In this document: positions 22,530 through 33,465 of the stretch, piece by piece
How the letters are laid out: each line of letters opens with the position of its first letter
How positions within the stretch are numbered: the first letter of the stretch is position 1
From: an uncultured Methanosarcinaceae archaeon
GTDB lineage: Archaea; Halobacteriota; Methanosarcinia; Methanosarcinales; Methanosarcinaceae
Assembly (NCBI GenBank): GCA_963727895.1
Contig: CAVSHT010000004.1
Location: 192,001 to 256,000, forward strand
DNA: 64,000 nt
Direction: 5' to 3'
The notes under the pieces: model-generated
What the model saw: only the letters and a program-made list of their open reading frames with translations
Told to the model about the DNA's origin: nothing
The model's database searches: none
Made by a program: the position numbers and the translations under genes

Positions 22530-22656
22530 ACAAAATAGGAGGTATTGGCAGGCCGACAAGTTGGGGTATCGTTGGGAGTTTTTATTATTAACAGTGGAAG
22601 AAGTTAAAGGAGGAAAATTTTTTCATGTAACAAATAGATCAGTCGACCCGCCGAAC
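22530..22656 (-). ncRNA. Candidate small RNA with anti-SD motifs
   Basis: Minus-strand TTTATA at 22674-22679. 5' GGCGGGUCGAC pairs with GUCGGCCUGCC (11 bp, 2 G-U). CCUCC/CUCCC/CCCC motifs. No ORF. Confidence 0.5.
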
Positions 22657-22896
22657 TTTCATAGGATTAAAAGTATAAAAAACTATTGATAATTAATATT
22701 CAGTAACTATCTTACTGACAATTTTACATCCAATAATATAGTTATCGTCAGTAACCCAGCTATTTCCATAACCTATAAACTAGTAAAGTTCACAAACGTT
22801 TTCATCAAAACCACGTCAAAATTTACTGAATTTTAAAAATAATAAAAAATCAACAAAGTTATATAGTTACAAAATTGTTATGACCTTGATTCAACC

Positions 22897-23064
22897 ATGA
22901 TAGATAAAACCCTCAAAATTGCCTCTATATTTGCTCTAGCGATAATCTGCTTGCTGGCAGTTGGATATGCTATTTTTCCAGATATCACAGTAGTTTTATC
23001 CGGATCAGCCCTTTCAAATTATCCGGATAGCAATATATTAAGGTATCCAGGTATTATGCCATAA
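22897..23064 (+). CDS. Small single-TM protein (55 aa), below the ORF-track cutoff
   Basis: MIDKTLKIASIFALAIICLLAVGYAIFPD...; TTATATA ~35 bp upstream, possibly leaderless. Confidence 0.45.
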   Translation: MIDKTLKIASIFALAIICLLAVGYAIFPDITVVLSGSALSNYPDSNILRYPGIMP

Positions 23065-23306
23065 CTTAAATGAGGAATGGATAAACAAGAAGATAAGAAT
23101 AACTATAGAAAGTTAATTGTAGTCACAACTATAATTACATCGTTTTTGACTGTTCATAAACCTACATATTTTTCGTTCAAAAACTTATACATTTTTATAT
23201 ATTAGCGAATCCGTGTATTCTAACACTTAAAATAAAAATAATTAGTATTCAACTTTTATTATTATATCAAGTGTATAAAATTAAACTTGAATATAGGAGT
23301 ATTTTT

Positions 23307-24122
23307 ATGAACGTTCCCAAAAAAACATTGATTTTAATGATACTTCTTGTTGTTATGGCAAGCCCTGTACTTGCAGCAAATGATCATCAAGAAAATGATC
23401 ATCATGGTCATCCAAAAGTTCCTGCTGGCATACCATCCACTGTAAAGAATGGAATGGTAAATTCATATTCAACCAACTGGGCTGGTTATGATGTAGTCAC
23501 TTCTACAGGTGAAGTAACCAGTGTGAAGGGGTCATGGATTGTACCTGCAGTTAACTCAAAAACTGGAAATTCATATTCAGCTAACTGGATTGGTATTGAT
23601 GGTGATACATCAAGCACTGTTGAGCAGATAGGAACTAGCAGCGATAACCCTTCCAAGAATGTTGCGAGCTACTATGCCTGGTATGAATTCTACCCTGAGC
23701 CTTGCTACAAGTTTGATGATATACAGGTAAAGCCAGGAGATAATATGTCCGCAGAAGTCAAGTTTAAAGATGGAGTATGTTATGCAAATATTACTGATGT
23801 AACAACTGGACAGTCAGACAATGAATCCCATCCAGATGCAGGTTATGAAAAGAAATCTGCCGAATGGATTGTCGAAGCTCCCTGGTTCAATAGAATACTG
23901 CCGTTAGCAAACTTTGGAACTACATCCTTTGGATCTGATTATACCTTTATTGATGGTACTTGCTCTGCCACAATTAATGGTGTTTCTGAAAATATCGCTT
24001 CATATGGATCTTCAGTGAATAGCATCACTATGGTAAATAGTAAAGGGCAAGTAAAAGCACAACCTTCTACACTCAGCAGCAGTGGTACGAGTTTTAACGT
24101 AGCCTGGAAACGAGCTAGCTAA
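23307..24122 (+). CDS. Secreted glutamic peptidase, family G1 (eqolisin)
   Basis: Signal peptide, STNWAGY, WIGIDG, VEQIG (catalytic Gln), AWYEFYP, SAEWIVEAP (catalytic Glu). Confidence 0.88.
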   Translation: MNVPKKTLILMILLVVMASPVLAANDHQENDHHGHPKVPAGIPSTVKNGMVNSYSTNWAGYDVVTSTGEVTSVKGSWIVPAVNSKTGNSYSANWIGIDGDTSSTVEQIGTSSDNPSKNVASYYAWYEFYPEPCYKFDDIQVKPGDNMSAEVKFKDGVCYANITDVTTGQSDNESHPDAGYEKKSAEWIVEAPWFNRILPLANFGTTSFGSDYTFIDGTCSATINGVSENIASYGSSVNSITMVNSKGQVKAQPSTLSSSGTSFNVAWKRAS

Positions 24123-24207
24123 CCTTCTTTTTATTTATTTTTTTACAGTATATTAAAAATTCTGTATTCCGAGTTTTGGGATGAACGTATTAATAATTAC
24201 ATGCAAG

Positions 24208-24816
24208 TCACAAAAGTTTCCCTCGAACAACCAGTAATTCCTCAAAAGAAACCTTTTTTCTAGCTATAACATCAGCTTCAAATCCCAGTTTTTCCATTTT
24301 TTCCTTAACCTCATCAAGTCCGGTAATAGAAGAAATAAGCACAAGAATTTCTCCTCTGGGCTTGAGATAATTTTTTACTTCATCAAGAAATCGATCTAAA
24401 GTATCCCTTCCGCTGATTCCGCCATCAAAAGCATAATTTAGCCAGCCAGGAACTTTTTCCTCTTTTGATGTGGGCAAATAGGGTGGATTAAAGAGTATGA
24501 GGTCAAACCGAGCTTCAGGACTTCTGAGTCTGAGCCCTTCAAAAAGGTCTGTACGGATAACCTCAACAGCATTTATTTTTGCACAGCGAGAAGCATGGGG
24601 ATTGATTTCCGTAGCTATTAACTGAATATCTTTCAGGTTTGCAAGAAGCACAGCTGAAACAAAACCTGACCCTGTTCCAACTTCAAGAACGCGCATTCCT
24701 GATTTTGCTTCTATAAGGGCTGCGTCGGCAAATAGAAAAGAGTCTTCTGCAGGTTCATAGACAAGATCCATATTCCCAAGCTTGATCTGGGCTTTTTTGT
24801 ATTCGATTTCTACCAT
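24208..24816 (-). CDS. HemK2/Mtq2-type protein-glutamine N5-methyltransferase
   Basis: VYEPAEDSFL, LEVGTGSG, FNPPYLP, DGG..GR. Confidence 0.9.
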   Translation of the reverse strand: MVEIEYKKAQIKLGNMDLVYEPAEDSFLFADAALIEAKSGMRVLEVGTGSGFVSAVLLANLKDIQLIATEINPHASRCAKINAVEVIRTDLFEGLRLRSPEARFDLILFNPPYLPTSKEEKVPGWLNYAFDGGISGRDTLDRFLDEVKNYLKPRGEILVLISSITGLDEVKEKMEKLGFEADVIARKKVSFEELLVVRGKLL

Positions 24817-24835
24817 AATTTCAAGTTATTTATTT

Positions 24836-25592
24836 GGCATTGTTACTTAACTATATCTAGTTCTTTATTTATTTATTTATTTATTTATTTATTTCATCAA
24901 TAGAATAACCGAGTACTTTAGCATTTCAAGACTTTTTGTATAACACTTTGTCTTTCTTCTCAATCTTGCTAGAAAATGCCTCAATATGCTGTTATATCCC
25001 TCAACTGTAAATGTTTCTGCTTTTGATTGAGTATGACTCTTTTCAGGAAGAAACTCTGCATATGCCCTCCAGTGATCTGTCACCACTTCTCCAATCTCTT
25101 TTTTCTTCATTTTTTCCTAGAGTAGTTTTCCAGTTTCTGTTTCTCTGCTACCAAAAGAGCAGTTGATGAACTTTTTCCCAACTCTATCAACAGCAATCCA
25201 GATCCAGCAATATTTTTTTTTGTTACCGATGTAAGTGTGCATCTCATCCATTTCAACAATAGATATCTCACTTTCACTTTTTAGGTTCTCTCACTCTTGA
25301 CCAAATTTCTTGATCCATTTTTGGACAGAAACATGACTTACCCCTAAAATTCTTCCTATTGAGCGAAAGCCCAATCCTTCAAGATAGAGTTGTAAAGCCT
25401 GTCTTTTTACAGAAGTGGAAAAAGCAGTTGATTTTAGCTCTACTGTGTAGTTATATCCACAATCATGGCATTTGTAGCGTTGATGACCACCAACTATACC
25501 ATTCTTTTTGTGACTGGAACTATTGCATCTGGGGCAGTTAATGAAGAAATATACTTTCTAATAGTACATAACTATGTTTAAGTATCAATGCC
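24836..25592 (-). mobile_element. IS1-family copy C, inactive, 8-bp TSD ATTTATTT
   Basis: Both IRs and TSD present. ATT start, TGA and TAG stops, A9 at the slippery site, (TTTA)n expansion near IRR. Confidence 0.92.
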
Positions 25593-25644
25593 ATTTATTT
25601 TTCGGGTTATTTACTGTTCGTAGTTTTTTATTGTTCTTGGTTAT

Positions 25645-26481
25645 TCATTGTTTCTTTGATTCTTCATCTAGAATTAACTTCTTTAAATCAATTATCTGAT
25701 TTGCAATCCATGCAAGCTCTTCAGGATTCAGGTTTTCAGCGCGTTTGCTCAGCATATCCTCAGGAAGGCGAACAATTACTTCTTTAATTCTGGGAATTTT
25801 GAGCAAATAATTTGTGTTCAGGATTGCATTTCTCAATTTTTTCCTACGCTGGCTGAAGACTGCGCCTACAAAATCCATAAAGAAAGCCTGGTCTTTGACT
25901 TCGAAAGGTGCTGGGCGAGGAACAAGTTTAATCACTGCAGAATCAACTTCAGGTGCTGGTTCAAAAGCGTTTTTTTGAACTTTCATCAAAATAGATGCGT
26001 CAGCAAAATAACAGGTGTCAACAGTAAGGCGCGAGTAATCTTTGCAGTTAGGCAGGGAAACCATTCTGACTGCAAATTCGTACTGGTACATGAGAACACC
26101 AAGTTTGAATTTATAGCGAAAGAGCTTGAAAGTGATATCAGAAGAAATGGAATAGGGAAGATTTGATACAACCTTATCAAACTCCGGAAAATCAACTTTC
26201 AGGGCGTTACCGACAATAATTTCAATATTTTCTACTTCATCAAAACGGTCGTGTAGGACTCTGACCAGAACAGGATCAAGTTCAATTGCAATTACTTTTT
26301 TTGCTTTCCTTGAAAGCCTTTCAGTTAGGTTTCCAACACCTGCACCTATTTCAAGTACAATATCTTCAGGCTCAAGATCGGCAGCAGCCACTATTTTATC
26401 CAGATAGCTTTCGTCAACTAGGAAATGTTGATCAAAAGTACCTCCTGTTATATTATATTTTTTAAGAAGAGAACGAACCAG
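25645..26481 (-). CDS. rsmA: 16S rRNA adenine dimethyltransferase (KsgA/Dim1)
   Basis: DQHFL upstream of the track ORF, VLEIGAGVG, SNLPY, QYEFA, PEVDS, QRRKKLRN. CTG start at 26481 after GGAGG. Confidence 0.93.
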   Translation of the reverse strand: MVRSLLKKYNITGGTFDQHFLVDESYLDKIVAAADLEPEDIVLEIGAGVGNLTERLSRKAKKVIAIELDPVLVRVLHDRFDEVENIEIIVGNALKVDFPEFDKVVSNLPYSISSDITFKLFRYKFKLGVLMYQYEFAVRMVSLPNCKDYSRLTVDTCYFADASILMKVQKNAFEPAPEVDSAVIKLVPRPAPFEVKDQAFFMDFVGAVFSQRRKKLRNAILNTNYLLKIPRIKEVIVRLPEDMLSKRAENLNPEELAWIANQIIDLKKLILDEESKKQ

Positions 26482-26626
26482 AGATGAAAACCTCCTGAGT
26501 AAATCACATATGTTTGTCTTTCAAATTTGAAGCCAAATCAGTATATAAATTAAAGGGATAATCAAAAGTTGAAAAACTTAACAATTAAAGCATTATTAAA
26601 AAATGTGGAACTTGGGGATTCTTCTC

Positions 26627-27358
26627 TCATTCAGCTTTCTGGCGGCGTGCTGGAGTTGTGAACAGCCTGTACTTAATGAAATCATCCTTAAGTTCTTCTT
26701 CAATTCTATGGGCAAGGACTTTAGTCGGGTCATGAAGACTTGGAATTCTCTCCCGAATATCCTGAAAACTCTTGAATTCTCCCTTTTTGCGCTCATCGAT
26801 TATAGACCACATGAGCTTTTTGCCTATTCCTGGGAGGAGATCAAGCATATGCAAACGGGTAGTAATGGAGTGAGCATCATTGAAAAACTTTACAAAGCGT
26901 GGCTCCTGATATCTAACACAGGCTTCAAGGATAAAGGGCAATTCAAGGTTAGCCCCGGTCGTAAGATCAGAATGACCTATTCTTTGTTTTACGTGATCTA
27001 TTTCATTCCGATCTCCTGATCCGATGTAAACCCTTGATTGTATCTGAGGGATCACGCCACTTTTTGGAATGAGCTCTATAAGAGTAAATTTTTTATCTCC
27101 CACCGCCTGAACAAGAGGTTTCTTTTGGTATGCGGCTGGACCGTCAACTGATTTTCCATATGGTAAATAATCAAGAACCCAGGCATACTCTTCTCGTTCC
27201 TGCGAATTTTCAATGGATTTTCCTGATGAGCGCGGAGCTCTTTCAGATTGCCTATTTGATTGCGATATACCTGTCGGACGCCTGCCGCCATAAGAAGGTT
27301 TTTCAGCAGCTGATCTGCCAGCGTACGTTCTACCTGATTGCGACTTCTCTACTCTCAT
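26627..27358 (-). CDS. DUF655 putative RNA-binding protein
   Basis: VLDYLPYG, RLHMLDLLPGIGKK; conserved position between rpoF and rsmA. Confidence 0.88.
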   Translation of the reverse strand: MRVEKSQSGRTYAGRSAAEKPSYGGRRPTGISQSNRQSERAPRSSGKSIENSQEREEYAWVLDYLPYGKSVDGPAAYQKKPLVQAVGDKKFTLIELIPKSGVIPQIQSRVYIGSGDRNEIDHVKQRIGHSDLTTGANLELPFILEACVRYQEPRFVKFFNDAHSITTRLHMLDLLPGIGKKLMWSIIDERKKGEFKSFQDIRERIPSLHDPTKVLAHRIEEELKDDFIKYRLFTTPARRQKAE

Positions 27359-27704
27359 CAGCACCCATCCTATCAATAAAATATGAAATCCATCGAAGAT
27401 ATGTTTCAGGACCTATGTGATCCTTATTATACGCCTGGCTTACTTTTATTCAGCCCGGTATCTATCCTATTAGTCAGACATGTTGACTATTTGCAAATTA
27501 TTAATAATTAGTAGTCTGTAAACTTCAGACCACCTTTTAACCGGTATCCCCTGACTCAATATATTCCTAACTCAAAGAATCCTCTGTGCCTATATTTAGA
27601 TCAGGGTACTCCCTGATAATTCAAGTACGTTAAGTTTCGGATACTTCTCTTATAAATAAAAAGATAAAAACTGCTATATAGCTTATTCCCTTATCATTTT
27701 AGTC

Positions 27705-28058
27705 TTATTCAAGAGTCTCCTGCACATAATCAAGAATTGTATCAAGTTCTTCATTGTTTAAGGTATATTTTTCTTTAGCGTATATTGATCGGACTTCATC
27801 TCTGGATTGAGGAAGAATATCTGCAATCCTGACAGCAATTGCAGGCTTCATTTTTTCGAGTTCTAGCAGCTTATTAACCAGTTCTCTAGATTTTTCTGCG
27901 CTGACCTTTGAGAACTGTTCGGCATGATGCAAGGCTTTTCTAAATCCATATTCAACTTCGAGCCCCCTTTCTCTGCGCTCTTCAGCGATGTTGATAAGTA
28001 GTTCTCTGACTTCGGCCAAGGTCAATAATTCTTCACTGAGGACTTCCTTAACTATCAT
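27705..28058 (-). CDS. rpoF: RNA polymerase subunit F (Rpo4)
   Basis: LTLAEV...AVRIADILP...EVRSI; downstream of rpl21e. Confidence 0.9.
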   Translation of the reverse strand: MIVKEVLSEELLTLAEVRELLINIAEERRERGLEVEYGFRKALHHAEQFSKVSAEKSRELVNKLLELEKMKPAIAVRIADILPQSRDEVRSIYAKEKYTLNNEELDTILDYVQETLE

Positions 28059-28574
28059 TGGAATACACTCTTTATGACTTAAAAACTGTAGCTAGTTGCT
28101 ATTTCCTGCTGAGTAATCTACTCGATCACTCTTCAATTCTTCATGAGTTCCTGGCTGCAAGCAAATTTGTACCTGTTATCTATAAATCTGAACTAGCCAA
28201 AGGACAATGCATCCTGTACACTGTCAAGCTTTATCCAGACTGCCTACATACACTAGATTCTATTGTTTAGTAATCTGAAACTAGTCCGAATAATTTTATC
28301 CTGATCTGGTCAGGTATATGTCTACAAACAATATATAATTATAGATATTCCCACCTAGAGATAAAATCTCGGATATTTAAAATCAGTTTTTTCTAATTTC
28401 CCTATCGTCAGCAGGTTTTCAAGGACATTACGTTTATTACGCTTAATTACAGCCCCCACTCTTGCAAGTTACCAAATAACTCTGACCAAAGCTCGAGCTT
28501 ACGGTAGAAGCCTGCATACTGTAGTCTCAGATAAAAGAGTTAGGTTTTACAACCTAACTATCTGAATAAGGGAA

Positions 28575-28910
<336 letters not shown>

Positions 28911-29031
28911 TTATACAGTTTTCTCTATATGAGATGGATATTATTGAAATAAGTCCTTAGTCAGGGAAAAAGTTCCTGACCCGTCATATTAAATAAATAC
29001 CCAATATTAAATAAATTTGATTCGATTAAAT

Positions 29032-30327
29032 TTAAATATCGACCTTGACAACATCAAGATCTTCTACAAGTGCAGGAATACTTAATAGTTCAGTCAGGCT
29101 TGGTTTAGTCCTGCCTTCATCTCCGGAAACAAGCTCTTTTACATACAGTCCGCCTTCGCAGTTTACTGTTATGTATGCGTAACCTTCATCTGTCAGCTCA
29201 TCAAGTTTAATGCTGTGTACGTGCCTTTTCCTGACAAGGTCAGCACGCCTGTGAAGCACACGCCTTGGAGTCTGCTGTGAGATTTCGATGTCACTTAAAG
29301 CGTCAATGCTGGATTTAAGCTTTTCCTCCGAAACAGGCTCTTTAAATGTAACTTTAAGCTTATAAGTTTTATCCGCTTTTGAGCTTTTTAGAGTCTCAAT
29401 CATACCCTTTCCAACGAAAGAAAGTTCTCTTACCTCAACTTTTCCGGCAGCTTTTTCGTTAATTTTCTTCATGAGTTCTTCAAGGTCTGTGTTGCGCCTT
29501 TTGGGAGATTTTGCTTCAACTACAAAAGGTCTGCCACTTCCAAGCATCAGGGCATCAATATCTTCTCTTCCTGAACCATGAAAAGCCGTATCAATTGCCT
29601 GAAAAGCCTCTACTACGGGATCTTTTATAAGCTCGTCTACGGATTCAGGATACTGTTTTCCTGTAAAATTACAGCTTTCGCAGCCTTTACCCTTACATTT
29701 CCGGCACGGCCAGCGGGTCTGTGGGATTCCTCTAATCAATTTGCGGTAGCGACCTAAAACATATACTGAGCGGACCTGAAGTTCAAGTTTGTTTTTTGCA
29801 AGGTCAAGGGTAATTGTGATATCAGGATTTTCAAAATCAACATCTTTCTGAACTTTTTCGGCAATTCTTTTGCCTACTTCCCTGTTAAGCTCGGTTTTAA
29901 GCTGTTCAGCATATGCAGTTCCGACTTCAGCCCACAGGATTTCTTCGTTTTCACTCAGAAGCCCACTAACCTTTGTGCCTACAAGGAATGTCGAATATTC
30001 AAGACCTTCAAGAGCTTTTACGGCTTCATCTACCCACTCGTCCAGTCTTTTGAACAGGTCAAGGCAAACCCAGCACTGTTCGTCTTCGCCCCCTATTCCA
30101 AGCGTCTTTCTTGCAAATTCACTGCAAAGGATAAGTTCGTTAAGAAGAGAGTCGTTTTTCTCAGTTTTGTAAATTCGATCCCCTTCGAGGACAAGGGCGA
30201 GTTTCAAGGCCTGACCACGTTCTTTGTTGCTCAGGCCAGTAGACAGTTTCGCAAACTGTCGGCCCAGGCAGTTATTACATATAGGGCCTTCATGCAGAAT
30301 CTTTTTTGAAGTTTCAAGTACATCCAT
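29032..30327 (-). CDS. pus10: tRNA pseudouridine(54/55) synthase Pus10
   Basis: CLGRQF, GRYRKLIRGIPQT, HGSGREDID, QQTPRRV.HRR, GGLYVKEL. Confidence 0.95.
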   Translation of the reverse strand: MDVLETSKKILHEGPICNNCLGRQFAKLSTGLSNKERGQALKLALVLEGDRIYKTEKNDSLLNELILCSEFARKTLGIGGEDEQCWVCLDLFKRLDEWVDEAVKALEGLEYSTFLVGTKVSGLLSENEEILWAEVGTAYAEQLKTELNREVGKRIAEKVQKDVDFENPDITITLDLAKNKLELQVRSVYVLGRYRKLIRGIPQTRWPCRKCKGKGCESCNFTGKQYPESVDELIKDPVVEAFQAIDTAFHGSGREDIDALMLGSGRPFVVEAKSPKRRNTDLEELMKKINEKAAGKVEVRELSFVGKGMIETLKSSKADKTYKLKVTFKEPVSEEKLKSSIDALSDIEISQQTPRRVLHRRADLVRKRHVHSIKLDELTDEGYAYITVNCEGGLYVKELVSGDEGRTKPSLTELLSIPALVEDLDVVKVDI

Positions 30328-30666
30328 TTTCGTTCACTATCTTAATTATTTGTTTGGAAATATGCCTGAGTTGGTAATCAGGAAGCAAAGATTAAATACT
30401 GGACAAATGGCGCTTGCCTTAAAGACCTATACTTTATTGACAGCACCTCTTAAGGCAAATCTTCGGAAAATGTAAATACCCGAAAAAATATTCGGGAAAA
30501 TTAAATCTGGATAAATTTCTGTTCAGATACAGGAAATGAGATATAACTTTTGTGTTGAGCAGGAGTTTCTTTACAATCTTTACTATTATTCACCTCTGGT
30601 TATATCTCATTATATTCAATGATTCCTGTTGCAGCTTAGTTCTTATAAACTCATTTTAAGTTTCCA

Positions 30667-31308
30667 TTAATCCTTGACCGTGCTATCCGCTTCTCCGGGT
30701 AGTTCTCCTATTTCTACTTCAGCTCTATCCAATTCATTATGGACAAGGGTTATACAGTGATTGGAATGAAGAGAAAGAGGACCTACTGAGATAATTTTCG
30801 CTCCTGCTTCGAGGATCTGTGCTTCTTCTTCTTCAGTAACTCCCACATGATCTCCTAGAATAAAAACTGGGTCCTGGATTTCACTTGCGAGTGTTCTTAT
30901 GTCTTCTCCGTCTTCTCTCAGGTAAAGTAGGTTGCGGCCCTCAAATTTTGAGAGCAAAGAAGCTAAGTCTCCTCTTTGAATCCATACGCCTGGAGTGGAA
31001 CGGGTATCTTGTTCAGTTGCGTCTTTTTTAAGAGCTTTCTGGATAAGTGAACCACTACTTCGCTCATCCGGGTTGAGGTATCTCAGGTGGAGTCCTTCAA
31101 AACGGATAATTTTTCCAGGGTCAGGTTCTCCTAAAAGAAGCAGGTGTACATTTACGTCCCTGCGCATTCCGAATGAGAGAAACAGGGCAGAACTCACGCA
31201 GCGGCAAAGAATATCCATTCTTCCTGCAGAACCTGGAAGGTCATTTAAGGAAATATCACCGCTTGTCTTTGCCTTGTGCCCTATAATAACAATATCGCGC
31301 ATGGGCAC
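30667..31308 (-). CDS. trmY: tRNA (pseudouridine54-N1)-methyltransferase
   Basis: LNDLPGSAGRMDILCR, NPDERS, FILGDH, SVGP.SLH...CI. Confidence 0.93.
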   Translation of the reverse strand: MPMRDIVIIGHKAKTSGDISLNDLPGSAGRMDILCRCVSSALFLSFGMRRDVNVHLLLLGEPDPGKIIRFEGLHLRYLNPDERSSGSLIQKALKKDATEQDTRSTPGVWIQRGDLASLLSKFEGRNLLYLREDGEDIRTLASEIQDPVFILGDHVGVTEEEEAQILEAGAKIISVGPLSLHSNHCITLVHNELDRAEVEIGELPGEADSTVKD

Positions 31309-31519
31309 TATATTTATGCAAGGAATATAAAAGATGTATGCAAACCTTTAAAAAAGGCTATCAGAAAATTTTTTAGAAAAAGATATTTATCAAAAAATTC
31401 TGTATGAAATATATATGCGTGTTTCAAGATAAGCTCAATAATTAAGAGAAACCAAAGACTGAATGTACATACAAACAATAGGACCTTAAGGTTATTAAGA
31501 ATAACAGGATCGGACAACG

Positions 31520-32176
31520 ATGAAGATACTAGCAATTTCTGATCCCCATGGGGATTATTCAAAAATAAAGAAAATGATGGAAGAAGCAAAAGATTTCGAC
31601 CTTGTAGTTATTGTTGGGGATATTACCAATTTCGGGCCCGATGAGAAGGTTGAAGAATTAATGGAAATGTTTGACAAACCTGTACTTGCAATTCCTGGAA
31701 ATTGCGATAATAAAAGCATCTTAAAAGCCCTTGATCTTTCAAAAGCCATAAACCTGCATGGAAAAGCTGAACAGATAGGAAATATAAGGTTTATAGGATT
31801 AGGAGGCTCAAATCCAACTCCTTTTAATACTCCCTTTGAGCTGTCAGAAGAAGAAATTGAAAAAACTCTTGAAGAAATGGTTTGCTCTGCAGAAAATAGC
31901 AAAGATTGTGGAACCATAGTGCTTCTAACTCATGCCCCTCCTTACGGTGCAAGGGATGAACTTCCGTCTGGACACGTGGGTAGCAAAGCTATCCAGAAAT
32001 TACTTGACAGGGTTGACTTAATAGTCTGCGGTCATATCCATGAGGCAAAAGGTCTGGAGAAGGTCGGAAAGACTGTAGTGGTAAATCCAGGAGAAGCCTC
32101 TAAAGGTTCCTGCACTCTAATAACCATTGAAGAAAAGGAAAACAAACCTATTGAAGTTGAATATATAGAGGTATAA
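31520..32176 (+). CDS. Calcineurin-like metallophosphoesterase
   Basis: SDPHG, GDIT, PGNCD, THAPP, GHIHE, NPG. Confidence 0.9.
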   Translation: MKILAISDPHGDYSKIKKMMEEAKDFDLVVIVGDITNFGPDEKVEELMEMFDKPVLAIPGNCDNKSILKALDLSKAINLHGKAEQIGNIRFIGLGGSNPTPFNTPFELSEEEIEKTLEEMVCSAENSKDCGTIVLLTHAPPYGARDELPSGHVGSKAIQKLLDRVDLIVCGHIHEAKGLEKVGKTVVVNPGEASKGSCTLITIEEKENKPIEVEYIEV

Positions 32177-32212
32177 AACAACCAGATTCAATATAATTTG
32201 ACTTGATTTTTT

Positions 32213-32952
32213 GGCTTTGATACTTAAACATAGTTATATACTATTAGAAAGTATATTTCTTCATTAACTGCCCCAGATGCAATAGTTCCAGTCACAAAAA
32301 GAACGGTATAGTTGGCGGGCGTCAACGGTACAAATGCTCTGATTGTGGCTATAACTATACAGTAGAGCTAAAATCAACTGCTTTTTCCGCTTTTGTAAAA
32401 AGACAGGCTTTACAACTCTATCTTGAAGGATTGGGCTTTCGTTCAATAGGACGATTTTTAGGGGTGAGTCATGTTTCTGTCCAAAGATGGATAAAGAAAT
32501 TTGGTCAGGAGTTAGAGGACCTAAAAAGTGAAAATGAGATATCTATTGTTGAAATGGATGAAATGCACACTTACATCGGTAACAAAAAAAATATTGCTGG
32601 ATCTGGATTGCTGTTGATAGAGTTGGGAAAAAGTTCATCAACTGCTCTTTTGGTAGCAGAGAAACAGAAACTGGAAAACTACTCTGGGAAAAAGTGAAGA
32701 AAAAAGAGATTGGAGAAGTGGTGACAGATCACTGGAGAGCATATGCAGAGTTTCTTCCTGAAAAGAGTCATACTCAATCAAAAGCAGAAACATTTACAGT
32801 TGAGGGATATAACAGCATATTGAGGCATTTTCTAGCAAGATTGAGAAGAAAGACAAAGTGTTATACAAAAAGTCTTGAAATGCTAAAGTACTCGGTTATT
32901 CTATTGATGAAATAAATAAATAAAGAGTTAACTATGTTTAATTAACAATGCC
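32213..32952 (+). mobile_element. IS1-family copy D (ATT start, truncated insB), no TSD
   Basis: GGCTTTGATACTTAAAC ... TTAACAATGCC; the two flanks differ. Confidence 0.92.
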
Positions 32953-33153
32953 GAATTCTTTTGTATAACGGCTCTTGCGTACTACAATAAATGCAACGTT
33001 TTTATTCCATATTACACCAAGTCCACCCCATGAGGCGGTCATGCTGTTAACTTTTCCTTCTTTTTCTGCTGTAATTAGCATCCATTCATTTCCTATTATC
33101 CGAAAAGGACTAAAATCAAATGAATCTGCTTTCAATGGTTTAAATGCGTCCAT
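32953..33153 (-). pseudogene. Flavin reductase-like protein, 3' part removed at IS copy D
   Basis: WMLITA...NSMTASWGGLG.IW...V.VRKSRYTKEF ends exactly at the IS boundary. Confidence 0.8.
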
Positions 33154-33465
33154 ATGTTGCCTCATTTTAAGCTGCTATTATTTTGCATTTGAATTGATGA
33201 TATCTTTTAAATAGTAACTATTATTTAATCATGTATGTACTTTTTTGTAATATACTGCCTAAAAAGATATTTACTACCCAAAAAGAGAGTAATGGACATA
33301 TGAGAAATAAAAGATGAGAAATAAGAAAACATATTATTGAAATTTGACAGAATTAATTTTGTTATATTTATTGATAAAGACATAGATCTTTTCCTAAGCT
33401 TTTGTTTATCTGGAATTACAGGAAAAGTCTGGACTTTATATCTGATTAAAGAGATATTTCTGGCT

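Noticed and set aside
28059..28574. Hidden gene or ncRNA between rpoF and rpl21e
   Set aside because: Only a terminator-like hairpin (~28539-28560); the 70-aa plus-strand ORF has no supporting features.
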